Shown here: positions 12,765-24,535 of the stretch, piece after piece | How positions within the stretch are numbered: position 1 is the stretch's first letter | Layout: every line of letters starts with the position of its first letter | Source of the DNA: Camelus ferus | Taxonomy: Eukaryota | DNA length: 64,000 nt | Direction: 5' to 3' | Assembly (NCBI RefSeq): GCF_009834535.1 | Contig: NC_045696.1 | Span: forward strand, 310,001 to 374,000 | The notes under the pieces: generated by a model | Told to the model about the DNA's origin: nothing | Databases searched by the model: none | The model's input: the letters and a program-made list of their open reading frames with translations, nothing else | Position numbers and translations under genes: made by a program

Positions 12765-14792
12765 TGGACTTTTGAATGATTGCCATACTGACTGGTGTGA
12801 GGTGATACCTCATTGTAGTTTTCATCTGTATTTCTCTGATAATTAGCGATATTGAGCATTTTTTCATGTACCTATTGGCCATTTCTGTCTTCATTGGAGA
12901 ACTGCTTAAGTCTTCTGCCCATTTTTGGATTGGGTTGTTTATTTTTTTGTTGTTATTAAGTTGTATGAGCTGTTTATTCTGGAAATTAAACCCTTATCAG
13001 TCTCATCTTTTGCAAATATTTTCTCCCATTCCATACGTTGTCTTTTTGTTTTGCTTATGATTTCCTTTGCTGTGAGAAAGCTTGTATGCTCAATTAGGTC
13101 CCATTTGTTTATTTTTTGCTCTTATTTGTATTGCCTGGGTAGACTGACCTAGGAGAACACTGCTAAGATTTATGTGAGAAAATGTTTTGCCTATGTTTTC
13201 TTCTAGGAGGTTTACAGTGTCTTGTCTGATGTTTAAGTCTTTAAGCCATTTTGAGTTTATTTTTGTGTATAGTGTGACAGAGTATTCCAACTTCATTGAT
13301 TTACATGCTGCTGTCCAGTTTTCCCAACACCATTTGCTGAAGAGATTGTCTTTTCTCCATTATATATTCTTGCCTCCTTTGCTGAAGATTAATTAACAGC
13401 AGGTCTCTGGGTTATTTCTGGGCTCTTTATTTTGTTCCATTGATCCATGTCTGGTTTTGTGCTAACACCATGCTGTTTTGATTACTGTAGCTCTGTAGTA
13501 CTGTCTGAAGTCTGGGAGGGTTGCTTCTCCAGCTTCATTCTTTTTCTTCAGTATTGCTTTGGCAATTCTGGGTCTTTTGTGATTCCATATAAATTTTAGG
13601 ATTATTTGTTCTAGTTCTGTGAAAAATGTCCTGGGTAATTTGATAGGGATCACATTAAATCTGTAGATTGCTCTGGATAGTATGGCCATTTTAACAATAT
13701 TGTTAAATTCTTCTAATCCAAGAGCATGGGGTGTCTTTCCGTTTCTTTAAGTCATCCGTAATTTCCTTCATCAATGTTTTGTAGTTCCCCACTTACAAGT
13801 CTTTCACCTCCTTGGTCAGATTTATTTCTAAGTGTTTTACTTTTTTGGATGAGGTTTCAAAAGGGATTATTTCCTTAGTTTCCTTTTCTGGTATTTCATT
13901 GCTAGTGTAAAGAAGTGCAACTGGGTTCTGTGTGTGACTCTTGTGTTCTGCTGCCTTGCCGAATCCTTTCAACGGCTCTAGTAGTTTTTGTATGGAGCTT
14001 TTAGAGTTTTCGATATATATGTCGTGTCATCTGCATATAGTGACAGTTTCACCTCTTCTCTTTCAATTTGGATCCCTTTTATTTCTTTTTCTTGCCTGAT
14101 AGCTGTGGCTAGGACTTTCAAGGCTATGTTGAATAGAACTGGTGAGAGTGGGCATCCTTGTCTTGTTCCAGATTTTAGTGGGAAGGCTTTCAACATCTCA
14201 CCATTGAGTATTATGTTGGCTGTAGGTCTGTCATAAATAACTTTTACTATGTTGAGATATGTTCCATCTATAACCACTTAGGTAAGAGTTTTTAATCATA
14301 AATGGGTGTTGAATTTTGTCAAATACTTTTTCTGCATCTATTGAGATGATCATGTGGTTTTTGTTCTTTCTTTTGTTGATGTGGTGTATCACATTGATTG
14401 ATTTGTGTATGCTGAACCATCCTGTGTCCCTGGGATGAACCCAACTTGATCATGGTGTGTAATTTTTTATGTGTTGTTGGATTCTGCTCATATTTTGTTG
14501 AGGATTTTTGCATCTATGTTCATCAACGATATTGGACAGTGGTCTTCTTTTTTGGTAGTGTCTTTGTCTGGTTATGGTATCAGGGTGATGATGGCTTCAT
14601 AGAATGAGTATGGGAGTATTCTCTCCTCTTCAATCTTTTGGAAGAGTTTGAGAAGGATTGGTATGAGTTTTTCTTTGTATGTTTGGTAGAATTCCCCAGT
14701 GAAGCCATGTGGTCCTGAACTTTTGAGGTTTTTTATTGCTAATCCTATTTTGCTCCTACTGATTGGTCTGTTCAAATGACTTATTTCTTCTT
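12765..14792 (-). mobile_element. LINE-1 ORF2 internal fragment (reverse transcriptase region), frameshifted
   Basis: Translated pieces NRPIS...[30 protein letters not shown]...[24 protein letters not shown] and [16 protein letters not shown]. Confidence 0.92.
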
Positions 14793-16051
14793 GGCAGATG
14801 AGAATCTTTGTGACCTTGGGTTTGGCAAAGATTTCTTAGAGACAGGAACAAAAGCACTATTCATGAAAACAAACTGGTAAGATGGACTTCATTAAAATTA
14901 AAAACTGCTACAAAGGCCACGCTAAGAGAATGCAAAGGCAACACAAGGCTTGGAGAAAATATGAGCAAAGCATATTTATGATAAAGGTCCTGCTTTCAGA
15001 ACATAAAGGATGAGAACCAGATACAGTTCCCAAGGGCAGAAGTAGCAGTTCATCAGTGTCAGTTACCAGGAGACGGAGAGGAGACGGAAGGCAGGGAAAT
15101 GAGGAAGGCAGGGACTAGAAGGAGATCTTCACAGGACCCCACTTGTGGAGCATGTACATGCATGTGCTTTTGTTGTACCCAGGGCTAAAGAAGACGATGT
15201 TCAGTGAAATGCTGATGGCCCATCACAGGATTCAGATAAGGTGATATTTCCTTTTGTCCTTAGATTTGATGTAATATCTTGTACTACATGTATCATTTAT
15301 GTTATCAGAAAAGAAACTACTATATTTTTTAAATGTATATTAAATTGGTAAGAAATTATTTGATCAAAAATTTCTCAGATTCCTTCATCACACTCCCTTG
15401 TTGACAAAACAGTTAAAATCTTAATGTTCTTTTTAGATATTTTATAAATGTCCATTTCTTTACCTCTGTTGGATTTTTTTCTTTATATAAAGGCTTACTG
15501 AAAGAGTTTAAGTATAAAGGAAATACACAACCGCACAACAGTGAGAATATTGTTAAACAGGTGAAAGTGTATTCAAAAGTTATTGATATGTAATTTATAA
15601 CTGAAGGCATGAATTTTTTCAATGGATGTTCTGATAACTTAAATAAAATGCCAGAGACAAAGTTAAATACTTACAAAAGCACTGATAGAGTGGCAGAAAC
15701 CTAATTAGAAGGAAATCTCCAAAATCAGAAAAAGAAAAAAAAAATCCTAAAACACCTATAGTAGTAAAGCTGGTCCCTAACGAAGAAAACCACCAACCCC
15801 AACCGCAAAGATCTAGGTAGAAAGATGGACACAAACATTTACAGAAACTACTCTGCTAGGGAAAGGAAGGTTTCTTATGAGCATCCCCTAAGAGAGCACT
15901 CACACTCAGGCCAGATGAAAACCTACTAAGTTATGTGGAAGTTATATTTTCTCTTGAAAAATATGATGTGATAAATTATCATTCAAGGGGAGACAATTTC
16001 TTGAGCAGAGACGCAGTGTCCGAGCGGGGCCTGCGGGTCTCAGGTCCCTAC

Positions 16052-16171
16052 CTGACCTGAAGCGCTCGTCCCGGGCGTTGCTGGGCCGTGGCTTCTGCTG
16101 TTTGGCTGCTGGGGCTGTGGCTTGTAAGGACCCGGAGGTCCTACTCTCTGCTTGTAGAGATGGATCTACTC
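16052..16171 (-). CDS. DIP2A: DIP2A coding exon 3
   Basis: TTTCAG acceptor, G|GTAGG donor, 120 nt; (G)VDPSLQAESRTSGSLQATAPAAKQQKPRPSNARDERFRS(D). Confidence 0.93.
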
Positions 16172-18713
16172 CTGAAACACAAGGTTATGAAAACATCCTG
16201 TGTCAACAATTTGCTTTTCCAATAATGGAAACAGCACACACTGCTCACAGAGCCGCATAGCACCCATGACCAAGTGTATGCACCCTGTGGTGGCCCCCAA
16301 CACCCAGGAGACCCTGAATCTGGAAGCCAGGATGGGGCCGTCAATGTCCCTCCCTTGCCCGCAGCACCCAGCCCAGCCCTGCCTCGTCACCCATGACCAT
16401 CGTGCAGCTGGCCCTGAGCCCAGCAGCACAGCACATACAGCGCCGGGCAGGCCCTCGAGGGGAGGCCCTTGGTGAAGTGGCCCATGTCACTCTTCCTGGC
16501 ACTGTCCATGGTGTCAGCAAACCCAGTGGGAACAGCCCACCCCATCATGGGGTGTTGCCAGCCACCTCAGATAAGCAGAGATATGGAACCAGAGAAAAAG
16601 AAGAGTAAGGGGCTCGGGGGCTTCAGGGGCTGCCTGCCTCAGCCTGTGACGCTTGCTGTCTCCAAACCCCACAGGAAGATGGCTCTCCATGCCCCGTCGC
16701 AGTCCCCTGGGCTCTTGTGTCCATGGCCCTGACACATAGGCCATCGGGACACTGTGGGTAAGTAAAGGAGTGAGGTACCGGTGTACAGGGTCATCAGGCA
16801 CAGTCCCGATGCTGTCTGGGTCCTAATTTGTTAGCATCTGAGAACAGCCTAGAGCAGAGCCTTCAGTTGTGCTTCATCAAAAAAGTCTATTTTTAGCTTT
16901 TGTTTCAAGACGTCTCATAAAAACGGCTGGCAGGGACTCCAGCCCTACCAGCTCCCCAGCCCCTACTACTCCCTGGAAAGCAGCAGCCCACCATGCTCGA
17001 GCCCAGATGGGTCGTGACCTCCGATGGACCCAGCATGGCAGAAGTGATGTTGGGTGATTTCTGAGGCTGGTCATGAAAGGTCCCCCGGGCTCTCTGTGAA
17101 GACACACTGAGAAGGCATGTGGGAGGACAGAGGGGCAGAGGCTGGTGGGGACAGTGCTCTGCTGCCTGAGGCTCCCAGCACTGATGCCACAGCTGTGATG
17201 GAAGAGCCCTCCCAGGACACCGGCCCTGGCTCCACAGACATGGAGGAGTGGCTCTCTGAGTCTGGCCACCTGCAGGTTTGTGGGCAGAGCAGATGCTGTT
17301 GCTGTTGTTTTAAGCACTGTGCTGGGGGGTGCTAGTTTTGCAGCTGACACAACATGAAGACCCTCTCTGGAAATCGATGTTTAGCTCTTCAAAATTTGAA
17401 CATATACACGTATATGTGTATGTACATACACATATGCAAACATAGAGAAATACTGATCATCACTGCTTTTGGCTTTTTGTTTCCTGTGACTAGATAAAAT
17501 TTCTTTCAAGTTCATGATGAGAATACACAGAACCTCATGCATTTTGGGTTATAAACAGGCACACTGCAGTGACGTAGATGCATGTGGACCTCCTTACACG
17601 AGACAGTGATTCCTTTATTCATCAAAGACATAAAACCCAATGGGAAGTCATTGGTTCAAAGAGCAGGTATATTTTTAATCTTAACAGATAACAGGATATC
17701 TTTCCAGAGAGACTACAGCGATCGCACTCCCACAATATGCCATTTCCCCACGTCCTTGTCAGCACTGGATGCTACAAGTTTCACAGTTTTGCCGTCTGGT
17801 CGGAGAAGAATGGTTCACTAACCTGCATTTCCATCTACTAGGGAGGCTGAACATACCATGATGTTTATGCCCAACTGTGTGTCCTCTTCTTTGAGTATGT
17901 TAACTTCATCCAGTAATGAGCCCTAGGGGCTGGGGACACCCAGTCGGCTGGAGGCACCACCTGGGCTGCGTACCTCCCAGAGCAGCAGCCCGGCTACCGC
18001 AGCTCAGTCATCCTGCAGTGTTTTCGTTTCCGGGGAGCCAAGAAGACCTGCCTTTCTTTCCCTTTCTAAATTCTAGGTCTCCTATCTTGTAATCCCCACT
18101 CAAAGGTTATTCAAATATTCTCCTGAATTTTGCAAGTTTTGAAATTACAAACATATTTAGAGCTTTAATCCTTCTGAAGTTCATGTGCACTAACGGTGGG
18201 GAGGAAGAGGGTCCTTGCTGCCTGCAAAGGGATGGCGCCAGTTATTAAATGAATTCTCCTCAGTCATCTCCAGACCCCCTTCTCTTACACTGATCGGGCT
18301 GTCTGCACCACACCAACAACCTCCTGTTGGGACTATCAAGTGTATACGACCTGGTTAACACCCTGAAGGCCAGTCCTTCTCACTGGTATTCTTTCTCAAA
18401 AATGTACTGACTACTCTCAGAACATTTCTCCTTCAAATGTGTTTTTATTTCCAACTCCAGGTTTAGGGGAAAAAAATCAGCCACTGGTAATCAGACTGGA
18501 CTACAGTTCGTTCACAAGTTAATTTAGAAACTGCTACTTTCATGATATTAAAATTTTCCATTTAGGATACTGGTATATTTCTTCATATTTCAGGGTCTTG
18601 GTTATTTTTCAAATAGATTTTATGAGCCTAATATAGCTTCTGTGGCTTTCTTGCTAAATGTAGTTAAAAGATCAGCCATTATGAGTGTGAGGTTGTTTCA
18701 TTAACAGAAACAC

Positions 18714-21700
18714 ACTCAGAGCTCAGTTCTGGTCAAGATGGAGGAGTGGTAGGACCACGAGCTTGCCTCTCCTTGCAACAACAATGAAACCACAACTGAA
18801 TGCTAAACAACCATTGAAAAAAGACTAGAACCTAGCAAAAAAAGATCTTCTGCAAATGGAAACATAAAGAGGGAACCACAGCAGGATGGTAGGAGGGGGT
18901 ATGCTCGCGATATAATTGGGCCCCATACCCCCGAGGTAGGAGAACCACGAGCTGAAGATTTGTTAAGTTGCAGAGGCCCTTCCACAGGAGTGAGAGCTCT
19001 AAGGCCCATGTCAGGCTCCCCAACCTGGGTTCCAGCATTGGGAAGAGAAGGAGATCCCAGGATATCTGGTTTTGAAGGCCAGGGGGCTTGGCTCTAGGAG
19101 GCTCAAGGGACTAGGGGAAATGGAGACTCCATTCTCTTGAGAAATGTACACAGAAACTCACATGCATCAGGTCCAGGGCAGAGGCAGTGATTTCATAGGA
19201 ACCTGAGCCAGGCCTGCCTGCTGGATTTGGAGGGTCTCCTAGGGACATGGGGGATGGCTGCGGCTCACTCAGGGGACATAAAAGCTGGTGGCGGACATTC
19301 CGGGAGTGTTCATCTACATGAGCTTTCCTGGAGGCTGAGGATCTTGACTGGATCATCAGCACCAAGACCGAGACCCACTCAACAGCCTGTAGAGAAGCCC
19401 CAGGCCAAACAATATAGAGTGGGAACACAGCCCCACCCATCAGCAGACTTCCTGAGCCACAAAGGCCTCTAGACACAGCCCTACCCAACAGAGGTCCAGG
19501 ACCAAGCTTCACCCAGCAGTGGGCAGGCGCTGGCTCCTCCTGTCAGAAAACCTGCATAAGCCTCTAGTCCAGCCTCATCCACCAGGGGCAGATACTAGAA
19601 ATAAGAAAATAATAATCCCAAAGCCTGTGGAAGGAAATCCACAAACACACAGAAAGACAGACAATATGAGGTGGCAGAGGAGTATCTCCCAGGCCAAGGC
19701 ACAAGCTAAAATCCCAGAAGAAGAAATAAGTGATGAGGAGATAGGTAATTCATCCGAGAAAGAGTTTAAAGTAATGATGGCCAAGATGTTCAGAGAACTC
19801 AAGAGGAGTATAGATGCACAGAGTGAAGTTTTTAGCAGAGTTGGAAAATATAAAGAATACTCAAACAGAGCTGAAGAATAAAATCACTGAAAGGGACAAC
19901 ACACCAGAAGGAACCAAGAACAGACTAAATGAGGCAGAAGAACAGATCAGTGAGCTGGAAGACAGACTAGCGGAAATCACTGCTGCAGAACAGAAAAAAG
20001 AAAAAAAGAAAAAAAGGAATGAGGATAATTTAAGAGAACTCTAGAACAACATGAAGCGCACTAATATTCACATCAAGGGGTCCCAGAAAGAGAAGAAAGG
20101 ACCTGAGAAAATTTTTGGAGAGATAATAACCGAAAACTTCCCCAGCTTGGGAAAGGAAACAGTCACCCAAGTCCTGGAAGCGCAGAGAGTTCCACACAGG
20201 ATCAGCTCAAAGAGGAGCACACCAAGGCACACAGTCATCAAACTGACAGCAATTAAGAATAAGGAGAAAATATTAAAATTAGCAAGAGAAAAGCAACAAA
20301 TAACATACAAGGGAACTCCCACAAGGTTATCAGCTGAATTTTCAGCAGAAACTCTGCAGGCCAGAAGGGAGTGGCACGGTATATTTAAAGTGATGCAAGG
20401 GGGAAACCTACAACCAAGAACACTCTGTCCAGCAAGGCTCTCCTTCAGACTTGAGGGAGAAATCAAAAGCTTCACAGATAAACAAAAGCTACAAGATTTC
20501 AGCACCACCAAGCCAGCTTTACAACAAATGTTGAAGGACCTTCTCTAAGTCATCAAACCACAAGAAAAGAGAACAGAAAGAAGAAAGAGAAAAAAAGAGA
20601 TCAACATAAGATTGCTTTGGCTGTTGGGGGTCTTTTGTGGTTCCTTACAAATTCTGGAATTGTTTGTTCTAGTTCTGCAAGGAGTGTCGTGAGTATTTTG
20701 GTGGGGGTTGCGTTGGGTCTGGATTGCTTTGGGTAGTGTGGCCATTTTGATAGTGTTGATTCTTTCAATCCAAGAGCACAAGAAAGCTTTCCATTTCTTT
20801 GTGTCATTTCGGTTTTCAGAATACAGGTAACCTCCTTGGCTGGGTTTATTTCTAGGTATTTTGTTGTTTTGATATAATAGAAATGTCTCTGCCAGTTATA
20901 AAATTCTGGTTTTGAAGTGAAAAAAAAAAAAATGAACGAAGGGCTGGAAATGGCAAAATATCCTTCTTTCTTATGGGTATATATATATATATATACTGCA
21001 TCTCCATTATCTATTTAACTACTGATGTGCACTTAGGATGCTTACATATCTTGGCAATTATAAATAATGTTGCTGTTAATAGCAGGGTATATGTATCTTT
21101 TTGAGTTAATTCTTATTTTTGTGGTTGGCTTTATTCCTTTGATAACTACGTAAGTTTAAAAAGCTAAAGCTCTAAACATTCTTAGAAACCATGAACAGTA
21201 CATATATGTAAATTAAAAAATACATGTGCAGTTAAAAAAAAAAGATCTAGCAAGACATGAAAGACATAGAAGAAATTTAGAAGACATATTACTAAATGAA
21301 AGAAGCCAGTCTGAAGAGGCTACAAACTGTACAATTCCAACCAAATGACATTCTGGAAAAGGCACAGCTACAGAAACAATAAAAAGATCATGGTTTCCAG
21401 GGGTTTGGGGAGAGGGAGGGAGGGAGGGAGAGAGGAATAGACAGAGCACAGGGGATTTTTAGGGCAATGAAATTATTCTGTATGATACTATAGTGGTGGC
21501 TACATGTCATTACGCATTTGTCAAAACTCACAGAATGTACATCAAGAGTAAACCCTAATGTAAACCATGGACTTTGGTTGATAGTAATAATGTGCCCATG
21601 TTGGTTCATCGATTGTACCAAATATGCCACACTGATGAGGGATGTTGAGGGTAGGGGAGTATATATGCGTGGGTGGGGAGGGCTATGTGGGAACTCTGTA

Positions 21701-21823
21701 TTTTCTGCTCAATTCTATCGTGAACCTGAAAACTGCTCTAAAAGAATAAAGTCTGTTATAAATTAATTAATTAATTAAAATAAAATATTGACACTTGTTA
21801 ATTAAAAAAACAAAACAAAACAA
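18714..21823 (+). mobile_element. Composite L1-derived insertion: L1 5' UTR plus decayed ORF1 (19666-20548), then inverted ORF2 scraps and an older L1M 3' end with an A-rich tail
   Basis: caagatgg L1 5' signature at ~18734; ORF1 motifs RLNEAEEQISELED, TPRHTVIKL, ITYKGTPTRLSAEFSAETLQARREW and PARLSF; one frameshift and one internal stop; 11-bp direct repeat aacagaaacac at 18703-18713 and 21824-21834. Confidence 0.8.
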
Positions 21824-22909
21824 AACAGAAACACTGCCAGAGAAAAGCTACTGATTCTTGCATATTTATCTTCTGTCAAACAAAAACTCTTACTAATTCT
21901 GATAGTTAAGTAAGCAGTCACTTAGGTTTTCAAGGTATGAAATAATACTACCTGTGAGTGAGCATGTCGGTCCTGCGTCCACTGGCCTGCTCACTGCAAT
22001 GCACTGGCAGTGGCCACCTGAGCAGAGTGCCTGAGGGCACAATGTGGGCCCTCCCACCCTCCTTGGACGGCTGCTGTTGGTGTCATGCAAATGGGCATTA
22101 AGATGTTTTTTAGTAGGGTCCCCCAATTTTACTCTGAGTCTGTTTTTGTTTTATTTTGGATGAATGAATGGCCGTATATATGAAGCTTCCTCAGCATTCT
22201 TGTTATTGATGTGTTATAAAATATATCACACCGATACAGGCAGAATAAAGCCTATACTCAGTTTAAGAATTATTATACAGAAAAAAAAAATCAAGGTAAC
22301 AACTGCTCCAGTTAAGAAATAAACACTCAAGTGCCCTAGCGTTGCCTGTGGCCCCTCCAGTGGCACCCACACAGAATGTGTGCCCACTTCGGGGAAGGCA
22401 CTTCCCTCCCTGTCTTTTTCTACCAGTTACGAAAGGCTCCCATGTGGTGCCTTTCACATGCTCTTTAGTTTTCCATGGCCATATTCCATGTAACCTGTTT
22501 CTGTCATTCCCATTAGGGGGCTCATCCTTGCTGACACAGGTATGCCTTCTGCTGATGTTTAAGGACTTGGCAGTTGAGGGGAAAATGAATTTTGTGCGCA
22601 GAACCAGGACCACGTGTGGACACCCGGTGTCTCTCAAGGGCATGCTATTCCTGAAGGGGAGCTGCTGGCCGCCCTGCAGTTCCACTGCTCTGCCAGCCCC
22701 ATACTGTGCTCACCCAGCTTGAAGCCTGCCAGCAACCCAAGGTGAGTCTCAGTTTAGCTGGCATCTCTCTAACTACTACCAAGGGTAGGTACGCATCTTT
22801 TCATTTGCTTGCTGACTTCTAGGGTTTCCTCTAATAAATACTTATTCAGGTCTTCACCCATTTTTCCACTGGGCTTTTCTTTAAATCACGTTGGGGGACT
22901 TCCTGGCTA

Positions 22910-23085
22910 TTTAGATTAAACTAGTTAAAATTAAATTATAAGTCCGGTGTCTCAGTCCCACTACCACATCCCAGGTGCTCCATAGCCACACGTGGCAAGT
23001 GGTCAGTGTGAACAGTGTACTGGACAATGTAGCTGCAGACCATCCCCTTTATCGAAAAAAAGGCTCTGTTGGACAGTGCTGCTTT
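22910..23085. mobile_element. MER3/MER33-like hAT-Charlie non-autonomous DNA transposon fossil
   Basis: Resembles the recalled consensus (caggtgctccatagccacacgtggc...gtactggaca...ttggacagtgctg); not verified by search. Confidence 0.55.
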
Positions 23086-23963
23086 ATAGGATCTGGACAC
23101 CAGTCCTTTTTCTGTTATGTGTGTTAATGATAATCTTCTCCCACTCTGTGGCTAGCCTTTAATCTCTTTATGGTGACTTTTGATAAAACAAAACTTTTAA
23201 TTTTAACACACTCCGGTTTACCAATCTTTTCCTTTATGGTTGCTGCTTTTTGTTATTTTTAGGGACTTAAGAAATCCTTCCCAGAAGATCACCTTAGAGA
23301 TGGTGACAGTCTTCCAGTATGATCTTCCAAAGATGCTACAGTTTTGCCTTTCACCTTTAGGCCTTCCCTATGCCTGGAACTGATTTGTGTCCGGTGTCGT
23401 GTGTCTCACATGTGGACAAGGAGCTGTGCCAGCACTGGGGGCTCCATGTCCTGCTCTGCTATCTAGCTGTCGATCCCTTGCCAAACCAGGCTGTCTTCGT
23501 GACGAAGGCTCGATAACTCTTCACACCCTAATCGGCAAATCCTCCCACTTCGTTCTTCTTTCTTAAATCATATTTTGAATTCCTTGGCCCTTTAGACTTC
23601 AATATAAATGTTAAAATTAGCTTGTTAAATTCCATCCAGGAACCTCTGTTGGAGCACTGAATGTTCTGACCCTATGTAGCAATCTCAGGGGGAAGAACTG
23701 ACATCTTCACCATATTTGATCCAGGAGCAAGGAATGCTCCTCACTAAAATCATAAAATAATCACGGTCTATGATCATAAAAATAAAATAAATCCTATTTG
23801 GGAATGAAATCTATACAGAGCCAGAGCTATAAATTGTAATCTATGCCTTTGGATTTTGTAATTTAGTATTAGATACACTATTTGCCCATACCTCCTTAAT
23901 AAAATATGAAGCAGACCAATGTCAAACTTCTCAATCAGTTTCAGGATTGTGCGCTGGCCTTAC

Positions 23964-24035
23964 CTTGAGCGAGCGGCACACAGTGTGCAAGCAGCTTTGC
24001 CCTTTTCTTCTCATACCCTTTCTGAGTGATGTCAC
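23964..24035 (-). CDS. DIP2A: DIP2A coding exon 2
   Basis: TTTCAG acceptor, G|GTAAG donor, 72 nt; encodes (G)DITQKGYEKKRAKLLAHCVPLAQ(G). Too short to appear in the ORF track. Confidence 0.95.
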
Positions 24036-24104
24036 CTGAAACAACAATGGAAAAATGGACTTATATTTCTTTTAAAGTTCCAAAATTTTTGAATGAAAAA
24101 TTCA

Positions 24105-24535
24105 TTCATAATGGAAAAACTGGAAACACTTAGGTCCTCCAACTGGTGGTTGGACAGACTAAGCCCGATGCATCCACACAGTGGAATGCTATTTGGCAGG
24201 AAAACGAAACAAACTATTGACACAACATTTGGATAGGGTTTACGCTCTAAGTGAAAAAAGCCAGGCTCAAAAGGCTACACACTGAATGATTCCATTTACA
24301 TGACCTTCTGGAAAAGATAAAATTACAGGGACAGAGAGCAGACAGTGGTTGCCAGGGGTGGGAGGAGGGAAGGTTGACTACAAGGGGGACAGGGGGTTCT
24401 GGGGGCCAATCACACTGTTCTATACTCCGACTGTGGTGGTGGTTCCATGGCCTCTGTGCTTGTCAAAAACACACAACTACAACCAGAAAGTGTGGAGCCT
24501 ACTGTGTGTAAACAATACTTCAATTTTCAAAAACT
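24105..24535 (+). mobile_element. Old L1M 3' end fragment
   Basis: gtgaaaaaagccaggctcaaaaggctacacactgaatgattccatttacatgac...cagtggttgccagggg is typical of L1M 3' UTRs. Confidence 0.65.

Noticed and set aside
17412..17435. Perfect 24-bp palindrome atatgtgtatgtacatacacatat
   Set aside because: Lies within low-complexity alternating purine-pyrimidine sequence, where such palindromes are common.
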